DNA of 64,000 bases from Candidatus Nomurabacteria bacterium (GTDB lineage Bacteria > Patescibacteriota > Minisyncoccia > Phycocordibacterales > UBA9973), in the NCBI GenBank assembly GCA_943350875.1, contig CALRAL010000001.1, positions 165,017 to 229,016 of the forward strand, read 5' to 3'. Shown here piece by piece: positions 40,157-49,707 of this stretch (its first letter is position 1; the number at the start of each line of letters is the position of its first letter). The notes under the pieces are model-generated. The model ran no database searches and was not told the DNA's origin. It saw only the letters and a program-made list of their open reading frames with translations. A program made the translations under genes and the position numbers.

Positions 40157-42037
40157 TTATCCCTTGTTATTTAAGTGAGGATATTCCGCGGTTAGGTTGT
40201 TAACTATGTATTCTTTCGTACCAGCTTGGGAATCCGAGAGAGCTATCTTTTTACCAGGGTTAAAAATATTTTGCGGGTCGAAAATATTTTTAACCTGTTT
40301 GAACAAATCGCAAATGGATTTACCATACATTTTTTCTAAGTAAGGTGTACGGATCAGGCCGTCATTGTGTTCTGCTGTTATTGAACCGCCGAGCCGTATG
40401 ACCAAGTCATACACTTTTTCTGACACGTTCATAATTTCATCTTCTAATTCGACATCTTTTGGATCAAGCAATGTATAAATATGCATATTACCATCACCAG
40501 CATGTCCGCCTACAGCAAAAGTCATTTTCTTCTTATACTCTCCGAGTATTTTATAAAGTGCTGGAAAAAATTCTGGTAACTTTTCCGGACGTACTATTAC
40601 ATCATCTATAAATGGTTCAGACTTTGATTTTTTTAGGTGATAGCGAATAAGATTGAAAGCTTCATGCCGAATAGTCCAGTATTTTTTCATTTCAAAATCA
40701 TTTTTTGCCAAGTGTAAACCAATTTTTTTTACATTGCTTAATTCTCTTAATGCATCTTCTGCGCTTTCATTAGCTTCTGCTTCAGTATCCCCAGTAAATT
40801 CAACTAACAGAATCAACTTAGGAAAACCATACCGTAACGTCATTATAGCTTCCGGTCCAAAACTAAAAATGAGTTTGAAGAAATTTTTTAAACCTAAAAG
40901 GTTAGCAAAACTCACTATGTATTTTAATACGAGCAAAAAAGTCTTGTCATCGTAAGATTCGAGTGTTTGAGGATTATATTTTAAAATCTTATTCACCAAG
41001 TCAGGAACTATTGTCATATCTCTTAAAAAAACTACCACTAATTTTGTGTATGGTTTTGGTTTCACTAGACGAAAAGTAATTTCTGTGGCTATACCTAAAG
41101 TCCCTTGCGAACCTACTAGCAACTTATTGAGATCAAAATTCAAAGAATTTGAGGAGCCGTGGGTCCCCTGTCCTGTGTCTCCGAGGGCGAAGGCGGGCAA
41201 ATTCTTTGAATTTTGATCGATGACATTCCAAATGTAATAGCCAGCAGAATTCTTGTGAACTTTTGGTTTTGCATTTTTTATCTTTGTTTCATTATTTTTT
41301 ATTAATTCGTAAATGTTTTTATAAATATTTCCTTCAAAATCATTCTGCGCTATTTTCTGTTTTAATTCTCCTTCATTTAATGGTTTTACCATATATTCAT
41401 TCCCATCTTCAAAAACAACTCTGGTTTCCATTATATAATCCTCAGTTTTTCCATATTTCAAAGTCCTTTCACCAGCAGAATTGTTACCAAACATTCCACC
41501 CATAGCATTCAGGCTCTTTGAGGCAGTATAACAAGGTAAAATTAAACCTTTTTCTAAAGTTATTTTTTCAAAATCCCTATAAAACATCCCCGGTTGGACG
41601 GTAATGGAATTTATTCCCCTCTTGAGGGGTGGCTCAGTAATCTGAGACGGGGTGGAAAATGTGTCCACCTCCCCCTGCGGGTACTCCTCAAGAGGAGAAT
41701 TTAAATTCTTTACAGGAAAACTGATTAGCTTATTCATATACCTCGTAAAATCTAAAATTATAGATTCACCTATAGACCCACCAGACATATCCGTCCCTGC
41801 ACAACGAGCAGTGATTGAGAGGTTAGAATACAAACCCCCTGAATCCCCCTTGTCAGGGGGACTATTTTTTTTCTCATTTACCCATTTTACAAGATTTTTC
41901 ACATCTTCAGAATCTTTTGGAAAAGCAACCACTTTAGGCCGTATCTCAAAAATACTGGCATCGTGAGAATACTTTGTCAGTGTTTCCTCACTATCCTCCA
42001 CATCCCCTTTGAAAAATTTTTGTATTTCTGATTTCAT
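40157..42037 (-). CDS. FAD-binding oxidoreductase (GlcD/D-lactate dehydrogenase-like)
   Basis: AGTDMSG, GSQGTLG, GHAGDGNMH, ITAEHNDG and FNPGK motifs; three palindromic inserts. Confidence 0.85.
   Translation of the reverse strand: MKSEIQKFFKGDVEDSEETLTKYSHDASIFEIRPKVVAFPKDSEDVKNLVKWVNEKKNSPPDKGDSGGLYSNLSITARCAGTDMSGGSIGESIILDFTRYMNKLISFPVKNLNSPLEEYPQGEVDTFSTPSQITEPPLKRGINSITVQPGMFYRDFEKITLEKGLILPCYTASKSLNAMGGMFGNNSAGERTLKYGKTEDYIMETRVVFEDGNEYMVKPLNEGELKQKIAQNDFEGNIYKNIYELIKNNETKIKNAKPKVHKNSAGYYIWNVIDQNSKNLPAFALGDTGQGTHGSSNSLNFDLNKLLVGSQGTLGIATEITFRLVKPKPYTKLVVVFLRDMTIVPDLVNKILKYNPQTLESYDDKTFLLVLKYIVSFANLLGLKNFFKLIFSFGPEAIMTLRYGFPKLILLVEFTGDTEAEANESAEDALRELSNVKKIGLHLAKNDFEMKKYWTIRHEAFNLIRYHLKKSKSEPFIDDVIVRPEKLPEFFPALYKILGEYKKKMTFAVGGHAGDGNMHIYTLLDPKDVELEDEIMNVSEKVYDLVIRLGGSITAEHNDGLIRTPYLEKMYGKSICDLFKQVKNIFDPQNIFNPGKKIALSDSQAGTKEYIVNNLTAEYPHLNNKG
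41131..41218. repeat. Family C element in frame
   Basis: Perfect 21-bp inverted arms GATCAAAATTCAAAGAATTTG around the GGGTCCCCTGTCC...GAGGGCGAAGGC core. Confidence 0.92.
41613..41700. repeat. 88-bp composite palindromic element in frame
   Basis: ATTCCCCTCTTGAGG / CCTCAAGAGGAGAAT inverted ends; encodes SPLEEYPQGEV...PPLKRG. Confidence 0.82.
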
Positions 42038-42528
42038 GTTATATAATCTGGAACAATTCCCATTTTTATGTATTTATTTTGTAAATCTTTTTCAAGAGTA
42101 ATAAATTTTTTAATAATTTTTCTACAATTAATAGACCCACAATTACATTTCATTGTCCATTCGTCATCATCTGCCATGATTGTAGAATAATCTATTAAAA
42201 TTTCATGACCTTTAGAAATATCATCGATTGCTAATATATAAAGACCGTTGTTGCTTTTACAATATGCATTTGGATTACATGAATGATTTATAAAATCCCC
42301 TAATCCTTCTGGACTCAAATAGGTTGTTTTGCTAAATCTACAAGTATTAGCTTTTGAATGTTCATTAAGTGTAGTTTCTTCTTCGAGACTTATAATTTTC
42401 CCTTTCATTTTTAAAATGATTTCATTGGCTTTAAAATCTTTTTCAGTAAAAACACCATTACCATTTTTGGTTTCTTTTACAACCAAATAAGTCGGATTTT
42501 CATAATTCTGTAAGTTTTTCCCCTCCAT
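42034..42528 (-). CDS. SET-domain protein (lysine methyltransferase-like) with post-SET motif
   Basis: GNGVF, FINHSCNPN, EILIDY and CNCGSINCR motifs. Confidence 0.9.
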   Translation of the reverse strand: MEGKNLQNYENPTYLVVKETKNGNGVFTEKDFKANEIILKMKGKIISLEEETTLNEHSKANTCRFSKTTYLSPEGLGDFINHSCNPNAYCKSNNGLYILAIDDISKGHEILIDYSTIMADDDEWTMKCNCGSINCRKIIKKFITLEKDLQNKYIKMGIVPDYIT

Positions 42529-42535
42529 ATATTTT

Positions 42536-43402
42536 TTATTTCAAATTATTAAAAAGTTTTAATCGATCGAGAACTACTTTTTCTACTGCATCTACTGCTG
42601 GCTGTAATATCTTGTATGGCACCACTTCCTCTGGATGTTGTCTCAAAGATTCTTTCAAGGCCAAATCATAAGCTAGACGAATTTCAGTATTTATATGAAT
42701 AATTGAAATCCCAGCTTTTATGGCATTGGTAAAATCCACATCACGAAGCCCAGAACCACCATGTAGCACTAGTGGCACATTTGCAGAATTCCTGATTTCT
42801 GCCACAAGCACCTCATCTATATGTGGCTTACCACTTTTAATAAGCCCATGAATAGACCCCACAGACGGAGCAAGCATGTCTATACCCGTCATCTCCACAA
42901 ATTTCTTCGCGTCTTCTGGTTTTGTTTTTATCCCTGCGCCTTCTGGGATAGTTTCTTTTATATTTGATCCGGAACCAATATACCCAAGCTCTGCCTCCAC
43001 TAATATATCCTTGCCAGTATTTTTCATCACTTCATGCGCATAATCCACGCATTGTTTTGTTATTTTTACATTTTCTTCAAGACTTAATTTTGCAAGGTCA
43101 ATAATCACCGCATCAAAACCAGCATCAATAGCACCTTTTACACTTTCAAAACTATAATGATGATCAGCATTTAAAAAAATCGGATAATTCTCCTTTTCTC
43201 TTATTTCACGAATCATTCCTACAGCTTCATTTTTACCTACAAATTCTTCTTCACCTTCAGATAGGCCAATAATGACAGGCACATTCAGGCTCTTCGCTGC
43301 CTTATAAATACCATGGAATCCTTCTAAATTAGAAATATTAAAATGCCCAATCGCTACCCCTTTCTCTTCTGCTTCTTTTACATATTCTCGTAATGTTTTC
43401 AT
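42536..43402 (-). CDS. fba: Class II fructose-bisphosphate aldolase
   Basis: ADH, VEAELG, GSIHG, LVLHGGSG and INTE motifs. Confidence 0.9.
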   Translation of the reverse strand: MKTLREYVKEAEEKGVAIGHFNISNLEGFHGIYKAAKSLNVPVIIGLSEGEEEFVGKNEAVGMIREIREKENYPIFLNADHHYSFESVKGAIDAGFDAVIIDLAKLSLEENVKITKQCVDYAHEVMKNTGKDILVEAELGYIGSGSNIKETIPEGAGIKTKPEDAKKFVEMTGIDMLAPSVGSIHGLIKSGKPHIDEVLVAEIRNSANVPLVLHGGSGLRDVDFTNAIKAGISIIHINTEIRLAYDLALKESLRQHPEEVVPYKILQPAVDAVEKVVLDRLKLFNNLK

Positions 43403-43406
43403 CTAA

Positions 43407-44945
43407 CTATTTTAACATATCAATCAAGATTTGTTTTGTCACAGCAGGGTTGGCAGAGCCTTTAGTCTCTTTCATGATTTGCCCCACCAGAGACATGAGA
43501 GCATTCTCTTTCCCTCCTTTGTAATCTGAAACAACCTTTTGATTTGCATCAATTATTTTCTTTGTAATTTCTTTTAATGAATTCTCATCATTTTTTTGTA
43601 ATAAATCTTTCTCTGTTGCTATTTTTTCTGGACTTTCATCTTTGACAACAATCATACCTAAAATATCCTTTGCTCCACGAGAAGAAATTTTATTTTCAGC
43701 AAACATATTTACTAATTCAGCAAAATTCTCTGCACTTGGAACCTCACTAGCCTTTGGCACCCTCTCCTTATCAAGGAGAGGGTTGGGGTGAGGTGTATTC
43801 TTAAGTATTCCTATGAGGTCAGAAGTTATAAAATTTGAAGCTACCCGAATGCTCTCCAAGGACTTACCTTTTCCCGCTTCGCTCCTCAAGGAAAGACCTT
43901 TGAGAGCGTTTACCACTTCTTCAAACCAAGCGCTGAGTACTGGATCATTGATGTATACTTCAATATCTTCATCTTTGATTCCAAAATCATTCTTATATCG
44001 TGCGCGTTTTGCATCTGGAAGCTCTGATAATTCTTTCTTCATCTTTTCTAATGGGAATGCTTCGTGGAGTTTCATTTTTGGAAGATCTGGATCAGGGAAA
44101 TACCTATAATCCGCGCTCCCTTCCTTTTTACGCTGAGAGAATGTTTTCTGTTTACTCTCATCCCATCCTCGCGTCTCTTGCACTATTTCATCTGCTTTCC
44201 CTTTTTCATAAAGTTCTGTCATCCTCTCTACTTCAAATAAAATAGCTTTCTCTACCGAACGGAAAGAATTTAAATTCTTCACTTCCACTTTTGTGCCGAG
44301 TTTACTTTTGTCTGGTGAGATTGAAATATTTGCTTCCACACGCATCTCACCTTTTTCCATATTTGCTTCTGACACACCTAAATACCACAAAACCAATTGG
44401 AATTCCTTGGCAAACTTTGAAGCACTTTTTGCAGTCGTCTCAGCATCATCAAATGTGTGAGGCTCCGTGACAAGCTCCATCAAAGGCACTCCTGCACGAT
44501 TAAAATCAATAAGAGAAAAATCACCTCGATCATGTTTGTTGTTTGCAGTATCTTCCTCTAAATGTACCCGAGTGATGTTAAAGCCCGCTAGATGCCCACC
44601 TGAAACTATCGGATATTTGTATTGAGAAATCTGATACCCTTTTGGAATATCTGGGTAAAAATAATTCTTGCGGTCAAATTCAGAAAAGTCTGCAATCTTG
44701 CCATTTATAGCGAGGCCTACTTTTATCACATTTTCAATTGCCTTTTTATTCGCCACAGGCAAAGCCCCCGGATGCGCCATGCACACCGGACAGATTAAAG
44801 TATTAGGGGCAATTTCAGGGTCGCCTGCCCCGTTGGAAGCTGAAAGCTTTCCTGCGGGGTTCTTGCAAGCACAAAACATCTTGGTGTTTGTCTTCAGCTC
44901 TGCATGCACCTCAAGCCCAATTGTCGGGTAATATCTATTCTGCAT
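43407..44945 (-). CDS. gatB: Asp/Glu-tRNA amidotransferase subunit B
   Basis: IGLEVHAEL, YPDIPKGYQISQ, HLEED, NRAGVPLMELVT and DYRYFPDPD motifs; three inserts. Confidence 0.96.
   Translation of the reverse strand: MQNRYYPTIGLEVHAELKTNTKMFCACKNPAGKLSASNGAGDPEIAPNTLICPVCMAHPGALPVANKKAIENVIKVGLAINGKIADFSEFDRKNYFYPDIPKGYQISQYKYPIVSGGHLAGFNITRVHLEEDTANNKHDRGDFSLIDFNRAGVPLMELVTEPHTFDDAETTAKSASKFAKEFQLVLWYLGVSEANMEKGEMRVEANISISPDKSKLGTKVEVKNLNSFRSVEKAILFEVERMTELYEKGKADEIVQETRGWDESKQKTFSQRKKEGSADYRYFPDPDLPKMKLHEAFPLEKMKKELSELPDAKRARYKNDFGIKDEDIEVYINDPVLSAWFEEVVNALKGLSLRSEAGKGKSLESIRVASNFITSDLIGILKNTPHPNPLLDKERVPKASEVPSAENFAELVNMFAENKISSRGAKDILGMIVVKDESPEKIATEKDLLQKNDENSLKEITKKIIDANQKVVSDYKGGKENALMSLVGQIMKETKGSANPAVTKQILIDMLK
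43741..43794. repeat. 54-bp palindromic element in frame in gatB (TPHPNPLLDKERVPKASEV)
   Basis: ACCTCAC...ACCCTCTCCTT-ATC-AAGGAGAGGGT...GTGAGGT. Confidence 0.85.
43851..43917. repeat. REP doublet in frame in gatB
   Basis: CAAGGACTTACCTT and CAAGGAAAGACCTT; the second has the same AGGAAAGACCT core as the RAYT-flanking REP. Confidence 0.75.
44824..44859. repeat. 36-bp CCTG-hairpin element in frame in gatB
   Basis: CCTGCCCCGTTGGAAGCTGAAAGCTTTCCTGCGGGG; removal gives MFCACKNDPE. Confidence 0.85.
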
Positions 44946-45229
44946 AAAGTTTTTTAATTATAACACAAAAAAATAACCCGACCAACAAAAATGTGGTCGG
45001 GAGATATATTTATTAAAACTACACAAAAAGTTCACTGATCAAGCTAAACTTGTTAGTTGTATCAGATATTTTTGCTTCTTCTAACTTTAAGTAGACCAAG
45101 ACGTCTTATCGCGATAGACTGGCACGCTTGTTGCTTATCGACTACAATATTTACTTTTCACATACGCTACTCAATGAATATAGTTAGACATAATCTCACA
45201 AGAACATATCTAACTAAATATTACATCTT

Positions 45230-45469
45230 TCAGCTAAAAAAGCAAAGATCAGTTTCTTCTTTGCCAAAACATAATTCAAAATCTCTCATAATACCATGTA
45301 ATGTTCCTTTCTTAAGTGAATCATGTAAAGGAATAGTCACATGATATGAAGAATCATTTTTATCTAAAGTTAATCGAACATGACTTCCAAGAGTACGTTT
45401 TACTTTAAACCCATGAATTTCAAAAAGTTTTACAACTTCCTTTCCAGAAAATTGTTTTAATTTAGGCAT
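45230..45469 (-). CDS. hicA: HicA family toxin
   Basis: GF...GSH...VTIPLH...LKKGTLHGI pattern. Confidence 0.9.
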   Translation of the reverse strand: MPKLKQFSGKEVVKLFEIHGFKVKRTLGSHVRLTLDKNDSSYHVTIPLHDSLKKGTLHGIMRDFELCFGKEETDLCFFS

Positions 45470-45472
45470 AAT

Positions 45473-45691
45473 TTACGCCATGGATGGCAAAGCAAAATTA
45501 ACCATCACTGGTACTGGATGTTTTTTTATTTCTTCTTCTCCAAAATGGCACTCCACAGCTTCATTTATGTTATGAACAGTTTCATCTAAAGTATTTCCTT
45601 CGGTATGTATAGAATATCCAACAGCAGTAGCAATATATCCACCTTCTTCGGCTACTTGTATAATAAATTGTAAAATATTTGGCATTTCCAT
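45473..45691 (-). CDS. hicB: HicB family antitoxin (short form, no DNA-binding domain)
   Basis: EEGGYIA...TEGNTLDE...NINEAVECH pattern; adjacent to hicA. Confidence 0.85.
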   Translation of the reverse strand: MEMPNILQFIIQVAEEGGYIATAVGYSIHTEGNTLDETVHNINEAVECHFGEEEIKKHPVPVMVNFALPSMA

Positions 45692-45726
45692 ATTTCAAAT
45701 ATAGCACAAATAGCAAAATAAAGCTA

Positions 45727-46788
45727 TCAAGTCTTCTTTAAAATTTTCATCAGTTTATCTTTAAAATCTTTTACAGATTTATCGTCAAACAAAGACAAGA
45801 TAAAAACATTCTTGCTTATTTTTTTGAACTTTTCTTTCTCTCTTTTAATTATTTTCTCATCTACTTCATCAGATTTTGTCAGAATTATTATTTCTTCTTT
45901 CTCAGATAATCCTTCATCTTCTAATTCAAATTTCTTATCATACTTTTCCAATTCTTTACGTATTTCTTTATATGCCTTTACCATCCCGTTCGAACTAACA
46001 GACTTCTTCGAAGTCTTACTTCGAACGGGACTAGTCCCATCAGATTTTACATTATTCAAGTTTTCAAAGGATACTAAGTGCGCCAACATATTTGTACGTT
46101 TTATATGTCGTAAGAATTTTACTCCGAGACCTTTGCCCTCACTGGCACCTTCTATGAGCCCTGGAATATCAGCAATAGTGTACCCGTAAAAATCCCCCAG
46201 GTTAGGGTCTAAGGTCGTAAAAGCATAATCTCCCACTTTGGCCTCTGCGTTCGTCAGAGCGTTCAGTAGCGATGATTTACCGACATTGGGTAGCCCTATA
46301 AGCCCCAGATCCGCGAAAAGCTCCAGTTCTATGGTGAAATTGCTATGTTCACCTTCTTGACCTAGATTGCGCTCTTTTGGAGTCGTATTTGTAGAACTTT
46401 TAAAATGTTCATTGCCATACCCACCATATCCACCTTTCAAGAGCTGTACTTCCTCACCTTCTTTCAATAACGACCATTTCTCACTTGTGACTATATTTGT
46501 AATAAGTGAACCAATAGGAAGTTCTAAAAAGAAATCATCACCATTTTTACCGTGTAAGCTTTTATTACTACCATCTTCCCCACGACCTGCAGAGAAATTT
46601 TTCTTGGCTTTGTATTTTGAAAGGATATGTATGTCACGCACAGCTCGGATGTAGAAATTCCCTCCTCGGCCTCCATCACCGCCCGATGGCCCGCCTTTTG
46701 GTATGAATTTCTCCTGCCTCCAACGCACTACGCCGTCTCCACCACGCCCTGCCTCTGCGTATATCTTTAATTCATCTATGAATGCCAT
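45727..46788 (-). CDS. obgE: GTPase ObgE
   Basis: Gly-rich Obg fold, GLPNVGKS, FTTLDP, DIPGLIEG and TKSD motifs. Confidence 0.96.
   Translation of the reverse strand: MAFIDELKIYAEAGRGGDGVVRWRQEKFIPKGGPSGGDGGRGGNFYIRAVRDIHILSKYKAKKNFSAGRGEDGSNKSLHGKNGDDFFLELPIGSLITNIVTSEKWSLLKEGEEVQLLKGGYGGYGNEHFKSSTNTTPKERNLGQEGEHSNFTIELELFADLGLIGLPNVGKSSLLNALTNAEAKVGDYAFTTLDPNLGDFYGYTIADIPGLIEGASEGKGLGVKFLRHIKRTNMLAHLVSFENLNNVKSDGTSPVRSKTSKKSVSSNGMVKAYKEIRKELEKYDKKFELEDEGLSEKEEIIILTKSDEVDEKIIKREKEKFKKISKNVFILSLFDDKSVKDFKDKLMKILKKT
45984..46044. repeat. Palindromic element in frame in obgE (SDGTSPVRSKTSKKSVSSNG)
   Basis: TCCCGTTCGAA...AGACTTC/GAAGTCT...TTCGAACGGGA plus an abutting half-site CTAGTCCCATCAGA. 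Confidence 0.85.
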
Positions 46789-46836
46789 GTAAATTCATAA
46801 TAGCATAAATTCAGAAAAAAATTTAAAACTAGGTTT

Positions 46837-47772
46837 TTAAGGGGTTTTGAGGGAGAAATTTAAGGCTAGTTCTGCTAATTTAATAGCCCCTTCTTTAGTT
46901 TTCACTGTGATTAAAAAACCAGCGCGGTGAGAAAATAGAGCATCAAAAACACCCGTAATTTTTGCTAAATTAATATCAGAATTCAAAAACCCACGCCAAG
47001 CTTCTGGAAATAGTTTTCTACTTTCTATTGTGTCGAAACTCTTTTTGATAGCTTCTACTTTAAAATGATCATTATCTCGTCCTGGATAAATGACATAAAT
47101 AGGTTCTGGAAAAGTAGAGAGAGTATTTTGATATAAATATCTGGGAAAATTATTTTCTAAAGTTATGATTTCTTTATTCACCGATTTATTGTAAGCTTCT
47201 ATAATTATTTTTCTTCCTAAAACATCTGCTTTGGCTACTGTTATCTCTCGTTTTAAAATCCTCACTGCATTGTTCACTTCGTTCTTAAATATCTTATTTG
47301 TATTTGATTCATCCTCTTGCCAAGTGGGTGAAAATATCAAAAATGGTTGATCTCCATAATAAGGTAGAACTCCGTTGTATTTTGGGATAGCTATATCCAT
47401 CCCATTATCTACTGCATCTATTGGAATAGCTATTTTTGAGTCTATTATATTCCAAACGGCTATGTCATCATCACATAATTTCATCCCAAAATGTTTCCAA
47501 ACTAGACCAAAAGAGGCATATTCAATATCATTTTCACGTTTGCCAGCACCACCTTTTTGATGATGATCAAATCTGTTTGTATTCTCGTTATAAATGCCAC
47601 CTACATCAAAAACATAATCTCCATCTTTTATTATATCTATATCTCGAGTGCGGATAATTTCAAATTCTTGTCCTTCTTTTTCCAACACCATACAGAGTGT
47701 AGCACAAGCAAAAATGTCATCTGCATGAAATGATCCGTCATGTGTTACTAATTTTTTCTTATTCGTCTCCAT
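46837..47772 (-). CDS. MYG1 family protein (DHH-like nuclease)
   Basis: THDGSFHADD, DVGG, FDHHQ and DAVDNG motifs. Confidence 0.92.
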   Translation of the reverse strand: METNKKKLVTHDGSFHADDIFACATLCMVLEKEGQEFEIIRTRDIDIIKDGDYVFDVGGIYNENTNRFDHHQKGGAGKRENDIEYASFGLVWKHFGMKLCDDDIAVWNIIDSKIAIPIDAVDNGMDIAIPKYNGVLPYYGDQPFLIFSPTWQEDESNTNKIFKNEVNNAVRILKREITVAKADVLGRKIIIEAYNKSVNKEIITLENNFPRYLYQNTLSTFPEPIYVIYPGRDNDHFKVEAIKKSFDTIESRKLFPEAWRGFLNSDINLAKITGVFDALFSHRAGFLITVKTKEGAIKLAELALNFSLKTP

Positions 47773-48388
47773 TATTTTTTGTATGATTTATATTATTTTT
47801 GAAATATTCAAAGAATCTATAAATTATAGCCATTAATTTATCAAACAGAAGAAAGATAATGACAAAAAGCAAGATAACCAATGAGAATCTACTTATCTCA
47901 CGACTGATGTGGATGGCAGTATAGCTAAAGAAATATCCGAGCGACAAAAGTAGTGGTGCCCAGATAAGAGTAGACAAAAATTCCGCTTTTAAATAAGTTT
48001 TAATGTCTATTTTTTTAAAACCAGAAAAAATAACTACAATATAGTTTACCCCCATAATAAATTTTGAAAAGAAAATAGACCAGAAAGGCCTTTCTTTAAA
48101 TCTGGGCATAAAGTAAAACAAACGTTTTTCAATATAAATAAAAAATTTATTGTTAGTATATTTTTGACCCAAGAAACACCCTAAATAATATCCACCTAAA
48201 GTCTTTGCTAATCCACCACCTAAAATAAATAGAAGTGAAAGCCAAAAATCAAGTGCTCCTAAATGTGCCAAAACCCCTGTCGAGATGACGACTACTTCCC
48301 CCTCAAAAATAAGACCCAAAAAAATCACCATATATGCTAATACTTGATGATTCTCTACTAAACGAGTGAGGATGTTTATCGTATGCAT
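47759..48388 (-). CDS. DedA family membrane protein
   Basis: FEGE, GYYLG and FSKFI pattern; paralog of 4852-5451. Confidence 0.8.
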   Translation of the reverse strand: MHTINILTRLVENHQVLAYMVIFLGLIFEGEVVVISTGVLAHLGALDFWLSLLFILGGGLAKTLGGYYLGCFLGQKYTNNKFFIYIEKRLFYFMPRFKERPFWSIFFSKFIMGVNYIVVIFSGFKKIDIKTYLKAEFLSTLIWAPLLLSLGYFFSYTAIHISREISRFSLVILLFVIIFLLFDKLMAIIYRFFEYFKNNINHTKNNGDE

Positions 48389-48393
48389 ATATT

Positions 48394-48843
48394 CTAGAAA
48401 AGTGTATCAACTATTTCTTTTACAAGAGTTCCATCGGCCTTGCCTTTTAGATCTTTCATCACGGACGACATCAGCATTCCCTTTTTAGAAATATCATTTA
48501 CACCCAATTCATTTTTCTTATTTTTAATTATATTTTCAACTTCACTCCTACCCATCATTTTTGGTAGATAGGTCTCTAATATTGCAAGTTCGGCTTCTTC
48601 TTCTTTTACCAGGTCTTGCCTGTTACCTTTTTTGAACTGCTCTATAGAGTCCTTCCTTTGTTTAGCAAGACGAGTTATCACAGTTATAGCTTCTTCATCT
48701 GTAAGCATCTCATTTGGCTTTCTATTTTTAGCCACCAACTCATTCGTAAAACCGGCCACCATAGCTCGCACAGCTCTGAGCTTTACCTCGTCACGCGCCA
48801 TCATGGCTTCTTTAACACTATTTTTTATTTGTTCATGTAGCAT
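48394..48843 (-). CDS. GatB/YqeY domain protein
   Basis: KEAMMARD, KQRKDSIEQF, YLPK and GKADG motifs. Confidence 0.92.
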   Translation of the reverse strand: MLHEQIKNSVKEAMMARDEVKLRAVRAMVAGFTNELVAKNRKPNEMLTDEEAITVITRLAKQRKDSIEQFKKGNRQDLVKEEEAELAILETYLPKMMGRSEVENIIKNKKNELGVNDISKKGMLMSSVMKDLKGKADGTLVKEIVDTLF

Positions 48844-48856
48844 AAGTACGTTTAAA

Positions 48857-48929
48857 GAATAAAAATTTTAAGAGTCGTGGGTCCCCTGTCCTTATGTCCC
48901 CGAGGGTGAAGGCTCAGAAATTTTTGATT
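48857..48929. repeat. Family C element, intergenic
   Basis: Near-identical to the 6675-6759 core. Confidence 0.92.
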
Positions 48930-48971
48930 TTTTATAAGTACATTATATCAAAAGTATGTTAAAATAGCCAA

Positions 48972-49706
48972 ATGAGCAAAATAATATTTTTTGACACGGA
49001 AACAACAGGAAATACCGAGAAAGATTTCTTGGTACAAATAGCATATAAAAATGGCAATGAGAATTTCGTAGAATTATACAAACCACCGATCAAAATCCCT
49101 CCTGAAGCTTCTGCTGTACACCATATATCAAACAAAATGGTAGAAAATAAAATGCTATTTAGTGAAAGTAAAGATTCTAAAAAAATAAAAGTACTTTTTG
49201 AAAACCCTGAAAGTGTGTTGGTAGCTCACAACACTCCCTTTGACCTGATGATTATCAAAAAAGAAGGTATCAACCCTGCCAGATTTATCTGCACGCTCCG
49301 CCTTACTCGATATTTAGATAAAGAAGGAAAAATCGAAAAGTATAATATGCAGTATTTGCGTTATCTATGGGAGATAGAGATAGAAGCCACTGCGCACGAT
49401 GCCCTGGGAGATGTTTTGGTGTTAGAAAAGATATTTGAGAAATTAAAAAAAGATTTAATGAAAAGTGAGAATTTAGATGAGGACAAAGCAATAGAAAAAA
49501 TGATAGAAATATCTTCCCACCCTTCATTATTCAAGAAAATAAATTTCGGAAAATACGCAGGGCAAGAAGTAGCCTCTGTAGTACAAAATGATCCGAAGTA
49601 TCTAGAATGGCTTCTCGGAGAGAAACTCAAAAGCGATCAGATAGACGAAGACTGGATTTATACGTTAAAATATTATTTAACCCCTAATAATAAATTAAAT
49701 TTTTAA
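48972..49706 (+). CDS. DEDDh 3'-5' exonuclease (ExoX/DnaQ-like)
   Basis: FDTETTG, AHNTPFD and AHDALGD motifs; C-terminal FGKY...YLEWL. Confidence 0.88.
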   Translation: MSKIIFFDTETTGNTEKDFLVQIAYKNGNENFVELYKPPIKIPPEASAVHHISNKMVENKMLFSESKDSKKIKVLFENPESVLVAHNTPFDLMIIKKEGINPARFICTLRLTRYLDKEGKIEKYNMQYLRYLWEIEIEATAHDALGDVLVLEKIFEKLKKDLMKSENLDEDKAIEKMIEISSHPSLFKKINFGKYAGQEVASVVQNDPKYLEWLLGEKLKSDQIDEDWIYTLKYYLTPNNKLNF

Positions 49707-49707
49707 T

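Noticed and set aside
45003-45229. Possible small gene or RNA between hicA and gatB
   Set aside because: No convincing ORF or fold beyond a terminator-like hairpin at about 44977-45001.
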